This document shows positions 19,042 through 28,377 of a stretch of 64,000 nucleotides of DNA, in pieces. Where the stretch lies: the IMG/VR virus record IMGVR_UViG_3300042544_003795, positions 32,001 through 96,000 of that record. One strand, written 5' to 3'. The position numbers and the translations under genes were made by a program. The DNA is from a virus. Position 1 is the stretch's first letter, and each line of letters begins with the position of its first letter. The notes under the pieces were generated by a model, which saw nothing but the letters and a program-made list of their open reading frames with translations, had not been told where the DNA came from and ran no database searches.

Positions 19042-19542
19042 TTAGAACCCAACAGAAACGCCGACTCGGAAAGTCACATCATCGACTTCCTCACCGAAAT
19101 TATATACAGCATCACCAAATGCGCTCACTGTAGATGTCAAGTTGTATCGGACCCCACCACCAGCTCCGACATGCCAGTCTTCGCTTTCAAAACCGTATCC
19201 AAAGCCGACAAGGCCATAGACATCTAGCTTTTCAGCAACTGGCAAATAAACAATAGCGTTAGTGCCAAGCTTGAATTCCGTCTCACCATCCAAATCAAGA
19301 ATAGCTGAATTCAATTCAAGGCTTACATTCTTGGCCACTGGAACTTCAATCGCTAGACCGCCGCCCCAAGCAGTATCAACATCATCTAGTTCACTGACAA
19401 CCGAGGTGCCATAGAACTTAGCTGAGAAGTCAACCTCTTGAACTTGAGGAATACTAATAGTAGGTACTAGAGTGGATACGCCAGCAAATGTCTGGGAGAC
19501 TGTGGCAATAGCCGCTAGTAGCAATGTAGTTAGTTTAATCAT
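19042..19542 (-). CDS. Small outer-membrane beta-barrel protein
   Basis: Signal peptide, alternating amphipathic strands (DVYGLVGFGYG, GAGGGVRYNL), C-terminal Phe. Confidence 0.85.
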   Translation of the reverse strand: MIKLTTLLLAAIATVSQTFAGVSTLVPTISIPQVQEVDFSAKFYGTSVVSELDDVDTAWGGGLAIEVPVAKNVSLELNSAILDLDGETEFKLGTNAIVYLPVAEKLDVYGLVGFGYGFESEDWHVGAGGGVRYNLTSTVSAFGDAVYNFGEEVDDVTFRVGVSVGF

Positions 19543-19641
19543 CTTATTATTATTGTTTTTTTTATTCTGGGCTCATCCCAGAAACTCTTATTACGCTTTA
19601 TACAAAACGAACTTGAAATTATTAATCAGAAGTAAATACAA

Positions 19642-19932
19642 TCAATTCATTAGTTTGTCTCCTGTCTCAGCAAAAAATACTTCTATCTCTAATGGATCAG
19701 AAAGAAATGCCCCCACTTCAAATGCGCTTATTAAGGCCTCCTCAGGGCTCAACTCAAAAATAGTATTACCATCCTCATTAGATAAATACAAATCCTTATC
19801 AAAAAGATTAACTAAACTATAGGTACATCCTTCTCCCCTTTCTGAAAATGTATCAAAAGGACAATTGTCAAATGTCCAATAAGGATACTGAACATTAGGT
19901 AAAGGCATAGTCAAAATAATATTATTAAACAT
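19642..19932 (-). CDS. Acidic hypothetical protein
   Basis: ORF in minus-strand run. Confidence 0.65.
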   Translation of the reverse strand: MFNNIILTMPLPNVQYPYWTFDNCPFDTFSERGEGCTYSLVNLFDKDLYLSNEDGNTIFELSPEEALISAFEVGAFLSDPLEIEVFFAETGDKLMN

Positions 19933-20035
19933 AAAATCTGGTAGCTATTTACTCCTTACACCAAATTAGAAAAATAACGATGACTAATAGTAAGAATATC
20001 ATTATCTCTTATTAAGTAAAAACAACTCTTGCAAC

Positions 20036-20126
20036 TGAAAATAAAATTTGCCCTATCATTTCTGATTTAAAGGCCGGGCCAGCCTCAACAACAACAACAC
20101 AACAGGTGCTGCAAATCACTATGAAC
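20036..20126 (-). ncRNA. Candidate ~90-nt small RNA
   Basis: TTGACA(20160)-N16-TAGACT promoter, no ORF, (GUU)n tract, terminal GAAA-loop hairpin and U-rich tail. Confidence 0.45.
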
Positions 20127-20850
20127 AAAATTAGTCTACCACACCTTCCCGTCTTGTCAAATCTTCTTTTGATATTTCTTCTTCTTAAATCAGGAGAAAA
20201 ACCTTTACCTACTTTCCTTTATATTATTAACCCTTCCTTTATATTCCTTTTTGTGTCCAGCCCTATACATATATATACATATATTCACGTAAGCATACAT
20301 GACGCCCACATAGATGTATTACATAATCCTTTATACAAATAAAGAGTTATATGCCATAACTAGTGTTCGCAATAACCTTTTCATGCCATTTTATATACTT
20401 TTCCTAGGGGGTAAATACAAATTATACCATTAGAAGCCGAGTATATACAAAGTATAGCCTATAATACATACAAAACAGCTTCTGATAATGGAAAATTCAA
20501 AATATGGGACAAAAAATGGCTGCATTTCTGAAGAAAAAGGATGTTATTATTGTTTTTTTTACGTGGACGACACTATTTTTACATCAAATCTACCCAATTC
20601 ACCTACATAAAACCTTTTTTATATATATATATCTTTATACTACTCTACTATTATGTTTTAGATTAGGGTTAAATGGGTTTTATTTGGATTTATTGGGTTT
20701 GAATGCATTTTATTTAGCGTGCAAGCCGCGAAACAGCATACTCGTCATTCAAACCTGAAAAATGTTTACTATTATCTATAGAGTATTTAAAATTATCTAT
20801 TATATACTTTATTGTATATTTAGCCTTTTTTATTTTCTATTCTTGTATTA

Positions 20851-21075
20851 TTATGTTTGGTGTAATTTTCCTTCTTGTTCGGTACCGTACCAGTGATGAC
20901 GGTAGACTAACTGACTAAGCTGCATCTGCTCGCTCTCTAGCAACTTAGCGTCTTCTAATCGACCTTCACGATAAGCGTTGGCTTTGTCCTTTTTAATCTG
21001 ATGCAGCCGGGCAGCAAGGCCTCTGATCATTGATTTGACCTTTGCTCGACGATCTCTTTCAGCTATTGATATCAT
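20851..21075 (-). CDS. Hypothetical protein
   Basis: ORF; AACTCTGATAT...TATAAT upstream. Confidence 0.7.
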   Translation of the reverse strand: MISIAERDRRAKVKSMIRGLAARLHQIKKDKANAYREGRLEDAKLLESEQMQLSQLVYRHHWYGTEQEGKLHQT

Positions 21076-21115
21076 ATTATTATATCGTATATCAGAGTTC
21101 GTTATTTATACCACT

Positions 21116-21391
21116 CTAGTAGTTCTGAAAAGGTCCATATGGCTTGAAATTTTCAGGTTTTTTAGGCTCTGCACTCTTATAAGGGAATTCAGGGAGATCC
21201 ATCCACGCTAAAATTACATTATCTTTATTAGGATAAATATTTTCATTTGTACTTTCCCATATATCATCTCCACCTTCATTTGATTTAAGGTATTTAACAA
21301 TATCGTACCCTTCTGGGCCGTCAGTCGTATTGCCCCATACTATTAAGATTTCTCTATTTTTAGGGATAGTTGTAATAGGTTTCCATTTCAT
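21116..21391 (-). CDS. DUF551-like protein
   Basis: WKPITTIPK...AWMDLPE. Confidence 0.7.
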   Translation of the reverse strand: MKWKPITTIPKNREILIVWGNTTDGPEGYDIVKYLKSNEGGDDIWESTNENIYPNKDNVILAWMDLPEFPYKSAEPKKPENFKPYGPFQNY

Positions 21392-21396
21392 AATAT

Positions 21397-21831
21397 CTAT
21401 TTATTAATATACTGTTTTGCTATCATTTGATAGTATGCATCTAATAGATCTAATGTATGTTTTAAATTCTTTTCATTTAAATAAAGTGAATGTAGCCTAT
21501 CAGCTTCGGGTGAAAGCGCGCCATATTGAGACATTACCGCTTTATTAATGTTCTTTTTTATTTCGTCTGTATCATCGCCTCTCAGAATATTATTGATCAA
21601 CTCCTGAGTACTTCGATTTTCCATCGCCGCGAGTTTGTTCACCACGATCATAATGGCCTCAGATGAATCCGGCGCTGTTGTGTCTATCGGGAAAACCAAT
21701 TGACGACGCTCGAATTTTGGGTTTGTCATCACGTAAAGCCGATCTTTCTCGGCCTCATTGAGCAAAACCCACCCTTGGTTTTCCGCGTAGTCTCGCAGGT
21801 CAGTGGGAGAAATGAGTGTTTCAAGATTCAT
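21397..21831 (-). CDS. Hypothetical protein
   Basis: ORF in minus-strand run. Confidence 0.75.
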   Translation of the reverse strand: MNLETLISPTDLRDYAENQGWVLLNEAEKDRLYVMTNPKFERRQLVFPIDTTAPDSSEAIMIVVNKLAAMENRSTQELINNILRGDDTDEIKKNINKAVMSQYGALSPEADRLHSLYLNEKNLKHTLDLLDAYYQMIAKQYINK

Positions 21832-21983
21832 AATAAGGTTTCAGTAATAGTCTTCTGACAGTATTCTATAGATGTATCGTCAATGTACAAAATATATTTT
21901 GCTTCACGTTCTATTGTCAGATCGTTATAATCTATTTTCTTTGGAGGTAATTTTATTAGCATATTTATTATATCAGATTTACT

Positions 21984-22328
21984 TTAAACTTCAATTCCGC
22001 GATTTTTAAGAAATACCTCAACCTCTAATAGATTATGTTGTGGCAAACGATGAGGATCTAATACGTAATCATGCATCTGTTGCATAACTGATAAAACTTG
22101 AATATTTACATCTTTCACCTCGTCTTTTAGGCAATCAGGATACTCTTGCAATAATGACTCTACATTAGGAAAGTCCTCCATTGAATTATTATACTTATCA
22201 GGTTTAATCCATCTCCCAATGGCGCAATAGTGAACGCCGCACTTATACATCGGTCCCATCTCTGCGATGCGACTAGAATCTGCGCAGTAATACTCAATAG
22301 TATCTTTAATAAATTCTTTATTAGTCAT
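21984..22328 (-). CDS. Hypothetical phage protein
   Basis: CAIGR...MQQMHD motif. Confidence 0.75.
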   Translation of the reverse strand: MTNKEFIKDTIEYYCADSSRIAEMGPMYKCGVHYCAIGRWIKPDKYNNSMEDFPNVESLLQEYPDCLKDEVKDVNIQVLSVMQQMHDYVLDPHRLPQHNLLEVEVFLKNRGIEV

Positions 22329-22343
22329 AATTTAGCGTATAGT

Positions 22344-22652
22344 TTAAGAGAAAAATAAATTACACCATCTGATTGCGTCAATTGGATTTTCAAATGATTC
22401 ATGTGCCAATTGAATCTTATTTGAATCTGCTGGCACGTGCGCAGGATACCATTTGCCATCATTATTTAGTTGAGCCCCATATGATCCGAATGATCCTTCT
22501 TTGCTCAAATAATTTCCAACTGATTCTAGATATGTTCCATCATTGGCTTTCCATTGGTAAGTACGACGATCTATCATGGCACCTGAGTGTGAATTTTCAG
22601 TTGCATTCCAATCGTAACGATGAGTTTCGATGACAATAGTTTCTTCATTCAT
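22344..22652 (-). CDS. Hypothetical protein, paralogue of 25058..25285
   Basis: H.Y.WN.TENS, G.W.P, LA.ESF shared. Confidence 0.75.
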   Translation of the reverse strand: MNEETIVIETHRYDWNATENSHSGAMIDRRTYQWKANDGTYLESVGNYLSKEGSFGSYGAQLNNDGKWYPAHVPADSNKIQLAHESFENPIDAIRWCNLFFS

Positions 22653-22873
22653 ACTGCTTTATAATGCTTTAATTTATAGTTTTCTGCTTCAAGCAAAGTA
22701 AATCCATAACTAGCTACCGCGTAGCTATCTTCCTGTACAAAACCACTTCCGCCGACAAAGACAGAAACCTCAAGATATGGATTATCTACAGATTCTTCTG
22801 TGTGATGAATCGCTATTACACGATACACTTCATTTGAATCGGTGAAAATGTCGCCTATTGATACGTTGTGCAT
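22649..22873 (-). CDS. Hypothetical protein
   Basis: ATGA overlap with next gene. Confidence 0.7.
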   Translation of the reverse strand: MHNVSIGDIFTDSNEVYRVIAIHHTEESVDNPYLEVSVFVGGSGFVQEDSYAVASYGFTLLEAENYKLKHYKAV

Positions 22874-22893
22874 ATTATTATATCAGAGTTGCT

Positions 22894-23094
22894 TTACCAA
22901 GCTGGTCGATATTGTGATAGCGACAGCCAGTGAGTTGGAGTGAAAAAACTAAGCTGATCCTCTGGGTTGATCATCCAGCGGCCCGCATCATAATGGATGA
23001 CTTGTCCACCGTACCGTAACCGCCCTTCTACTAGAAGAGCCACTACGATAGGTGTACCATCTTTTGGAGCTGTATCAATTGGTTGCCAGTTCAT
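22894..23094 (-). CDS. DUF551-like protein
   Basis: WQPIDTAPKDG...PTHW. Confidence 0.75.
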   Translation of the reverse strand: MNWQPIDTAPKDGTPIVVALLVEGRLRYGGQVIHYDAGRWMINPEDQLSFFTPTHWLSLSQYRPAW

Positions 23095-23146
23095 AACTTT
23101 ATTATATCACAGGTCACGAACAAAGCAAAGAATATTTTATTTTTTA

Positions 23147-23464
23147 TCAAATAAACTTTTCATCTTTTTCATAAATGCGACTAAATATTTCCTTTGTAGG
23201 ACCAATCAAGACTGGATATGTATCGTATACATTATTCTTTGAAAATTCCTCATTAACTTGATACCATCCTAATGGCTCTGTTGCACCTTCGACCCCTAGA
23301 GCAGTAATATATCCGCCTGTTGCTACATTAACCCTCTCCCATGTGCCTAAAGGTAGATTAGCCATCTTTTCGGGACCTCCAATCAATTTATAAGGATTAA
23401 GCTGATAGAGTTCAGCATCAGCAAAGAAGTAAATGTAATCAGCTTTAATGGGTTTGACTTTCAT
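23147..23464 (-). CDS. Hypothetical protein
   Basis: Own promoter. Confidence 0.7.
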   Translation of the reverse strand: MKVKPIKADYIYFFADAELYQLNPYKLIGGPEKMANLPLGTWERVNVATGGYITALGVEGATEPLGWYQVNEEFSKNNVYDTYPVLIGPTKEIFSRIYEKDEKFI

Positions 23465-23563
23465 ACTATTATTATATCACACGCTGTGAGAAGCACAACA
23501 GATATTTTTGGATTTTTTCTCCTTCTTCCGTTAGCTCCCAGAGACTAGAGGAAGAATGATAAC

Positions 23564-23827
23564 TCATGGTTTCTCTAGTTTTTCAACTAAATCTGACAAT
23601 TTTCCAATAATTTCAAAGCCTTCCTCTTTTGCGTCATTTTTCCATTCATCGCTAGGCAAAATAAGAATATGCAGATCATTATAACCTTTGACACGAGCCA
23701 AATATGTGCTTTGACCCCAAAAATTTAAAACAGCAGCATATCCACTCATGGCACTGCGGATATTTACGCCAGATGAGCCTTTGTTATCTTTTACGATGAC
23801 TTGAGCGTGTGATGATATGATGTCCAT
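23564..23827 (-). CDS. Hypothetical protein
   Basis: Start moved to MDIISS to avoid overlap. Confidence 0.65.
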   Translation of the reverse strand: MDIISSHAQVIVKDNKGSSGVNIRSAMSGYAAVLNFWGQSTYLARVKGYNDLHILILPSDEWKNDAKEEGFEIIGKLSDLVEKLEKP

Positions 23828-23843
23828 TTTGTTTAATTTTTTA

Positions 23844-24188
23844 TTAACAGTAATAGCCCTCTTTGTCTTTTCCGAGGTTGTCAAGCGCGTCTCGCATCTC
23901 CGCTTTAACTTCTTCAATGATTTGCTCTCTCATCTTCTTCCTATCCATTGCTCCGGTACGCTGACCAGCTAAGAAAGCTTCCTGTAAGGCTTTCTCGGTG
24001 TAGTATGTGGTGTCTTTGCCATCGACCTTTAGTAATATATCTTTGTGACCACGCTCTTCCATCAGCCTACCGACATAGTAGGTCATGTGGATGTCGTGTT
24101 GAGTCTCCTTGTAGGTAGCAAGTGGATCACCATAGCTGGCGAACAAACGGTCTTCAAGATCTTTTATCATTTTAAGTACATCGCTCAT
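23844..24188 (-). CDS. Hypothetical protein
   Basis: ORF with upstream motif. Confidence 0.75.
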   Translation of the reverse strand: MSDVLKMIKDLEDRLFASYGDPLATYKETQHDIHMTYYVGRLMEERGHKDILLKVDGKDTTYYTEKALQEAFLAGQRTGAMDRKKMREQIIEEVKAEMRDALDNLGKDKEGYYC

Positions 24189-24211
24189 ATTATTATTATA
24201 TTAGAGTTCCT

Positions 24212-24376
24212 TTAGCCTAGACAGATCTGTTCTGTACCCGTTACCGATGACCGGTACGCCATTAACCATTCTCTTGTGTTGTTCGCGACTACAATATTCG
24301 GATACTTGGACATGAGCTTATTAAATTCTTTTTTGAATTTTTCTAACTCTTTTATAGCTTCTTCATCTTTTATCAT
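24212..24376 (-). CDS. 54-aa protein, paralogue 1 of 3
   Basis: EEAxKELxxFK..F.KL...YPN. Confidence 0.75.
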   Translation of the reverse strand: MIKDEEAIKELEKFKKEFNKLMSKYPNIVVANNTREWLMAYRSSVTGTEQICLG

Positions 24377-24404
24377 ACTATTATTATATCGGAGTCCCTT
24401 TAAA

Positions 24405-24647
24405 TCACTTCGTTCTATTAGCCAAAGATTCAATTCCGTCAGCGATGATTCGAGCCAGATCCCTCATGCAAGTTCGACACACTTCTTCAGCAATATAGGT
24501 GTTGGCTTGGTGTTGTCCGTTGAATCGACCCATAGGGTTCTGACAACTACAGTGCGTCATAATTGTAAGGCGTTGAGGTACATCTTCCCAGCCGCGTTGA
24601 GGCATTTCTTCTTTGCAGATGTCACAAGAGATGATGGTTGTTTTCAT
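24405..24647 (-). CDS. Small putative Zn-binding protein
   Basis: CDIC and CRTC pairs. Confidence 0.65.
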   Translation of the reverse strand: MKTTIISCDICKEEMPQRGWEDVPQRLTIMTHCSCQNPMGRFNGQHQANTYIAEEVCRTCMRDLARIIADGIESLANRTK

Positions 24648-24691
24648 GATTCAAAGAGGTGAAGTTTATTCATACTTTTATTATATCGGAG

Positions 24692-24856
24692 TTACCTTAC
24701 CTCTAAGCTTACCTTTGCATAGGTAATATTATGACAAGCTAATAAATAACCATCAATGTCCTCTGTTACGTAGAGATTAGGATATTCATTCATTAGCTTA
24801 TCAAACTTAATTTTGAATTCTTCTAACTCTTTAACAGCTTCTTCTTTAAATGTCAT
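24692..24856 (-). CDS. 54-aa protein, paralogue 2 of 3 (not in track)
   Basis: MTFKEEAVKELEEFKIKFDKLMNEYPN. Confidence 0.8.
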   Translation of the reverse strand: MTFKEEAVKELEEFKIKFDKLMNEYPNLYVTEDIDGYLLACHNITYAKVSLEVR

Positions 24857-24878
24857 ATTATTATTATATTAAAGTTAC

Positions 24879-25037
24879 CTAACCCAAGCATACCTTTGCA
24901 TATTCAATATTATGATAAGCGATCAAATAACCATCATTGTCCTCTGTTACGGAAACATTAGGATATTCATTTATTAGCTTATCAAATTTGAGTTTGAATT
25001 CATCTAACTCTTTAGCAGCTTCTTCTTTTGGTGTCAT
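24879..25037 (-). CDS. 52-aa protein, paralogue 3 of 3 (not in track)
   Basis: MTPKEEAAKELDEFKLKFDKLINEYPN. Confidence 0.8.
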   Translation of the reverse strand: MTPKEEAAKELDEFKLKFDKLINEYPNVSVTEDNDGYLIAYHNIEYAKVCLG

Positions 25038-25057
25038 ATTATTATATTAGAGTTACT

Positions 25058-25285
25058 TTATGTCCAGTAAGAATATGATCGTTTAATGGCAGACTCTAAA
25101 TCATCGAATGATTCACTCGCCAATTCAAAATCGCAACTTCCGTCGCCCCAGTATGACGGAACCCATTTTCCGTTCACTTCGGTAGCGCCGTGGGTGCCAC
25201 AAGAAGTCTCTTGGCCGAAATAAGAATTTTCGGTCTCATTCCATTCATATTCATGGTTATCAATTACAATGTTTTCTTTTTTCAT
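25058..25285 (-). CDS. Hypothetical protein, paralogue of 22344..22652
   Basis: Sequence similarity. Confidence 0.75.
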   Translation of the reverse strand: MKKENIVIDNHEYEWNETENSYFGQETSCGTHGATEVNGKWVPSYWGDGSCDFELASESFDDLESAIKRSYSYWT

Positions 25286-25289
25286 AAGA

Positions 25290-25604
25290 TTATATCGCAG
25301 GCTTATTAGATTGAAACGGATTTTTTCTATAAAATTCCACATCTGATCCAGCTTTGTCTATATACATAGAGTTAGCTATATCTGAGATTCTCAAGGCTTC
25401 AGAGTGGCATCTCTGATATTCAGCCAAGGCAGCCATACGTTGATCATACGCCTCCTTCGCTACCTGATCGCTTTTTCCTAGAGTGTTGATTTCCAAAGCG
25501 GCTTTCCAAGCCCTGTGAGCCTCAGCGGCTTTGATATTGGCTTTTGTACGCAGCTCCGAAATTTCGGACCATTCCATTTCTCTGAGTTTGGTTTCGTCGT
25601 TCAT
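25290..25604 (-). CDS. Helical hypothetical protein
   Basis: Behind reverse AAAATATCCGTTG promoter. Confidence 0.75.
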   Translation of the reverse strand: MNDETKLREMEWSEISELRTKANIKAAEAHRAWKAALEINTLGKSDQVAKEAYDQRMAALAEYQRCHSEALRISDIANSMYIDKAGSDVEFYRKNPFQSNKPAI

Positions 25605-25660
25605 ATTGATTCCTTAGTTTACCACAGGTTTATTAGATTGCAACGGATATTTTTGATTCT

Positions 25661-26041
25661 TTAAACCTCCTCTTCCGTCAGACTTTCGAAGCGCCAGACT
25701 TCCTCATCTGCTTCTGTAGCCTCTTTATATTTAGAATCTCTATCTTCACAGGCTTGTTCATATTTTTTGTAAGTTTGATAGTCTCCACCTTGATTGACTG
25801 TTTTACGGTAAGTGATGAAGGCTTTTTTCGTATTATCGTTAGCCGTCGCCCATCTGACCCAAGCTTCGGCGGCTTTCTCTTTCGCTTCTGCGAGTTTGGG
25901 TTCATTTTGGATGTCGAACCATACATCATAAGTTTTAGAAACTTGTTGTTTCGCTTCGTCGGTGCTGACAGTTAAGAAGTGGGCCTTGGCTGCTTCAAAC
26001 TCGGCTCTTGCTTGGTCAATTCTGTTTTGATAGTCGGTCAT
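25661..26041 (-). CDS. Helical hypothetical protein
   Basis: Behind reverse AAAATATCCGTTG promoter. Confidence 0.8.
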   Translation of the reverse strand: MTDYQNRIDQARAEFEAAKAHFLTVSTDEAKQQVSKTYDVWFDIQNEPKLAEAKEKAAEAWVRWATANDNTKKAFITYRKTVNQGGDYQTYKKYEQACEDRDSKYKEATEADEEVWRFESLTEEEV

Positions 26042-26098
26042 GTCCTTACTATAGGCGAGCGGTTCAGGAAAGCAACGGATATTTTCGATTCTTTTTAT

Positions 26099-26296
26099 TT
26101 ATTCTTGCCAGTTCTTAAGAGCTTCACTGCTTAGGCAAAAGCTACCTTTTTTCTTTTCTAGGGTTTCTTCGCTCCATGGCTTAGGACCCCAAGCGTTTTC
26201 AAAAGCTTCTTCTCGCGTTTGACCACTACCAAAAACGGTAGGTGCAGCAAATGGTCCAAGTACTCTCACTTCGTGGAATTTGTGTTCATCTGTCAT
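26099..26296 (-). CDS. Hypothetical protein
   Basis: ORF in run. Confidence 0.7.
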   Translation of the reverse strand: MTDEHKFHEVRVLGPFAAPTVFGSGQTREEAFENAWGPKPWSEETLEKKKGSFCLSSEALKNWQE

Positions 26297-26317
26297 ACTA
26301 TTATTATAAAGTTTATT

Positions 26318-26524
26318 TTATTTCCAATCTGGAATAGGTAGCCATCCTAAGATCTTGTACCATTTATTTTCTAAGGTCTCTCCGTCCATACCTACATATA
26401 TATCAGGAGCAATACAAGACAAAACATCATAATAAATAAATTCTCTTCTTTCGTTTCCAATAGCAGCTAAAAACTCCCTATCCTGCGGAGCAGTCTCAAA
26501 CGGTTGCCATTCTTTATTAGTCAT
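26318..26524 (-). CDS. DUF551-like protein
   Basis: WQPFETAPQD...GWLPIP. Confidence 0.7.
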   Translation of the reverse strand: MTNKEWQPFETAPQDREFLAAIGNERREFIYYDVLSCIAPDIYVGMDGETLENKWYKILGWLPIPDWK

Positions 26525-26534
26525 ATTAAGATGT

Positions 26535-26744
26535 TTAATAAGGATCTGTATTGTAATTTTTCCATATAAAAATTTTTTTTTCGCATCGTCTGCAATACTT
26601 CCTTTTGCCTCTATCCTGTATAGAAGATCGGCACTTTGTACTGCATGTCAAGCAACGAAATCGACGACTTGGAAGTTTTTCACCTTCGCTGGAAATTTTC
26701 GATAAACTAAGAATAAATTTAAAAAATTGTTTTATTATTCTCAT
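26535..26744 (-). CDS. Small basic Cys protein
   Basis: CLTC and CRRC. Confidence 0.55.
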   Translation of the reverse strand: MRIIKQFFKFILSLSKISSEGEKLPSRRFRCLTCSTKCRSSIQDRGKRKYCRRCEKKIFIWKNYNTDPY

Positions 26745-26754
26745 TTTTATAAAA

Positions 26755-27171
26755 TTATCTGCAACAAAATACTAAAGCTTTTGGGTATTTCTTGCAAGCC
26801 TGTAAATATTCGCAAACAAATGGAACAAAATCTGTATATATTCCCCACCCATTAGGAGCGCTCCATTTTTCAAAATGCTCAGGTCTCATTTCTAAATCTT
26901 CTAATCCTTTTTCTAAATAGGGGATAAGCTCTTGAGCTAGTATTACAGCTTTACTCTCGTATTCATACTCTTCATCGAGACCAGACTTAATATAGTCATC
27001 TCTTAGCCTGTATGGACGCCAAAGAGTTTCGTAAATACCCGCCTCACTAGCCATTTTACCTAAATTATGGGTAATATTACAACGGTAAACCTCTTCATAG
27101 AACTCTTGCCATGTTTTACAGTCATCTTCACTAACATGTTTTTTAATCTTTAATGTAATATCTAAGCTCAT
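26755..27171 (-). CDS. Conserved phage hypothetical protein
   Basis: MSLDI...NITHNLGKMA..AGIY...PNGWG. Confidence 0.8.
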   Translation of the reverse strand: MSLDITLKIKKHVSEDDCKTWQEFYEEVYRCNITHNLGKMASEAGIYETLWRPYRLRDDYIKSGLDEEYEYESKAVILAQELIPYLEKGLEDLEMRPEHFEKWSAPNGWGIYTDFVPFVCEYLQACKKYPKALVFCCR

Positions 27172-27286
27172 ATTATTATTGTTTTATTATTGTAATATGT
27201 ATTCACCTGCGACTTTGATTTAAAAGTCGCGCTTTAATGTACCTTTGTATCTTTAAAAGATACCTTTATGAGCAAATTCCATAATT

Positions 27287-27556
27287 TCATCGCCATTCAG
27301 AATCCACGCTTAAATTTGCATTCAATGGGTTACTATGTTTAAGATAATTAATTGTAGCCGCAATTTCCAAGATTCCATCCATAGGTACATTACTTCCTAC
27401 AAGATAATTAGCAATCCAAGCGTATTCTTCTCCTAATAGATTAATACATTTTTTATAACGTAATTTTTCATCAGAAAGGCTAGTGACCTCTTGGATAAAA
27501 TTAAGAAAATAAGTTCCTTCTTTATCGTATATAACAGTCATAAATTCGTTAGTCAT
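27287..27556 (-). CDS. Hypothetical protein
   Basis: ORF in run. Confidence 0.65.
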   Translation of the reverse strand: MTNEFMTVIYDKEGTYFLNFIQEVTSLSDEKLRYKKCINLLGEEYAWIANYLVGSNVPMDGILEIAATINYLKHSNPLNANLSVDSEWR

Positions 27557-27557
27557 A

Positions 27558-27992
27558 TTAAAGTTTGTTTTGTTCTAATTTTTTATTGAGAATATCACTC
27601 AACTCCTCCGAGTTTTCGTACATATTACCTATAACTTCCATATCCTCAAATAAAAGATGATTTAAATTGAGGAATCTACATACATTATACCCCATTTCTG
27701 ACTCATCGTATCTAACTACAATAAAACCATCTTCAGAAAACTTTAAAATGTCTCCTTCCCATATATATACGCCATTCTTATCTTTATTATTAGTACAAAC
27801 CTGTACTTCATAATGGCCACAAGAATCTATAAATACTTGCCCTTTTATATCCACTGGGATATGCCTTACTTTTTCCAAATCTTCATCACAACATGCTTCA
27901 AATACCCCTCCCGAAAAGAACTTTACCCAATTAGGATAAAACATTTTATGTTCATTTTTAGACCAAATACGGAATTTTGGGGCAGATAGCAT
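27558..27992 (-). CDS. YopX-family protein
   Basis: KFRIW, KDKNG..IWEGDIL, EVIGNMYEN. Confidence 0.88.
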   Translation of the reverse strand: MLSAPKFRIWSKNEHKMFYPNWVKFFSGGVFEACCDEDLEKVRHIPVDIKGQVFIDSCGHYEVQVCTNNKDKNGVYIWEGDILKFSEDGFIVVRYDESEMGYNVCRFLNLNHLLFEDMEVIGNMYENSEELSDILNKKLEQNKL

Positions 27993-27995
27993 ATA

Positions 27996-28368
27996 TTATA
28001 TAGAGTAGAGAGAAGACAACCAGCAAAAAAGCAAAATATTAAAGAAAATCAAAAAGAAAAACAAAGATACCTTTAAATACTCATTGTCTCTAAATGGTTT
28101 AATAAGTTTTAGTCCTCTCTTTTTCATTTTAAATTAAAGTATAAGAGTAATCCTCCACTAATGAGGATAAAGATCATTAAGATATACCCAGCTAAATAAA
28201 CCCCCCCATGAGGAGGCTTAGATGGTTCATTGGATTTATTTAGAAACATAATTTTAGTAAGGAAATGCCGGAAAGGCAACCAATTACGAAAAATAATAAT
28301 AAAATCATGAAAGCTACTAGTTTTGTGCCTCCATCATTATTATTTGGGTCATTATAGAATGTGCTCAT
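27996..28368 (-). CDS. Three tandem single-pass membrane microproteins (28240..28368, 28124..28249, 27996..28127)
   Basis: 41-43 aa ORFs with overlapping stop/start, one hydrophobic helix each. Confidence 0.6.
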
Positions 28369-28377
28369 AAAGTTATA

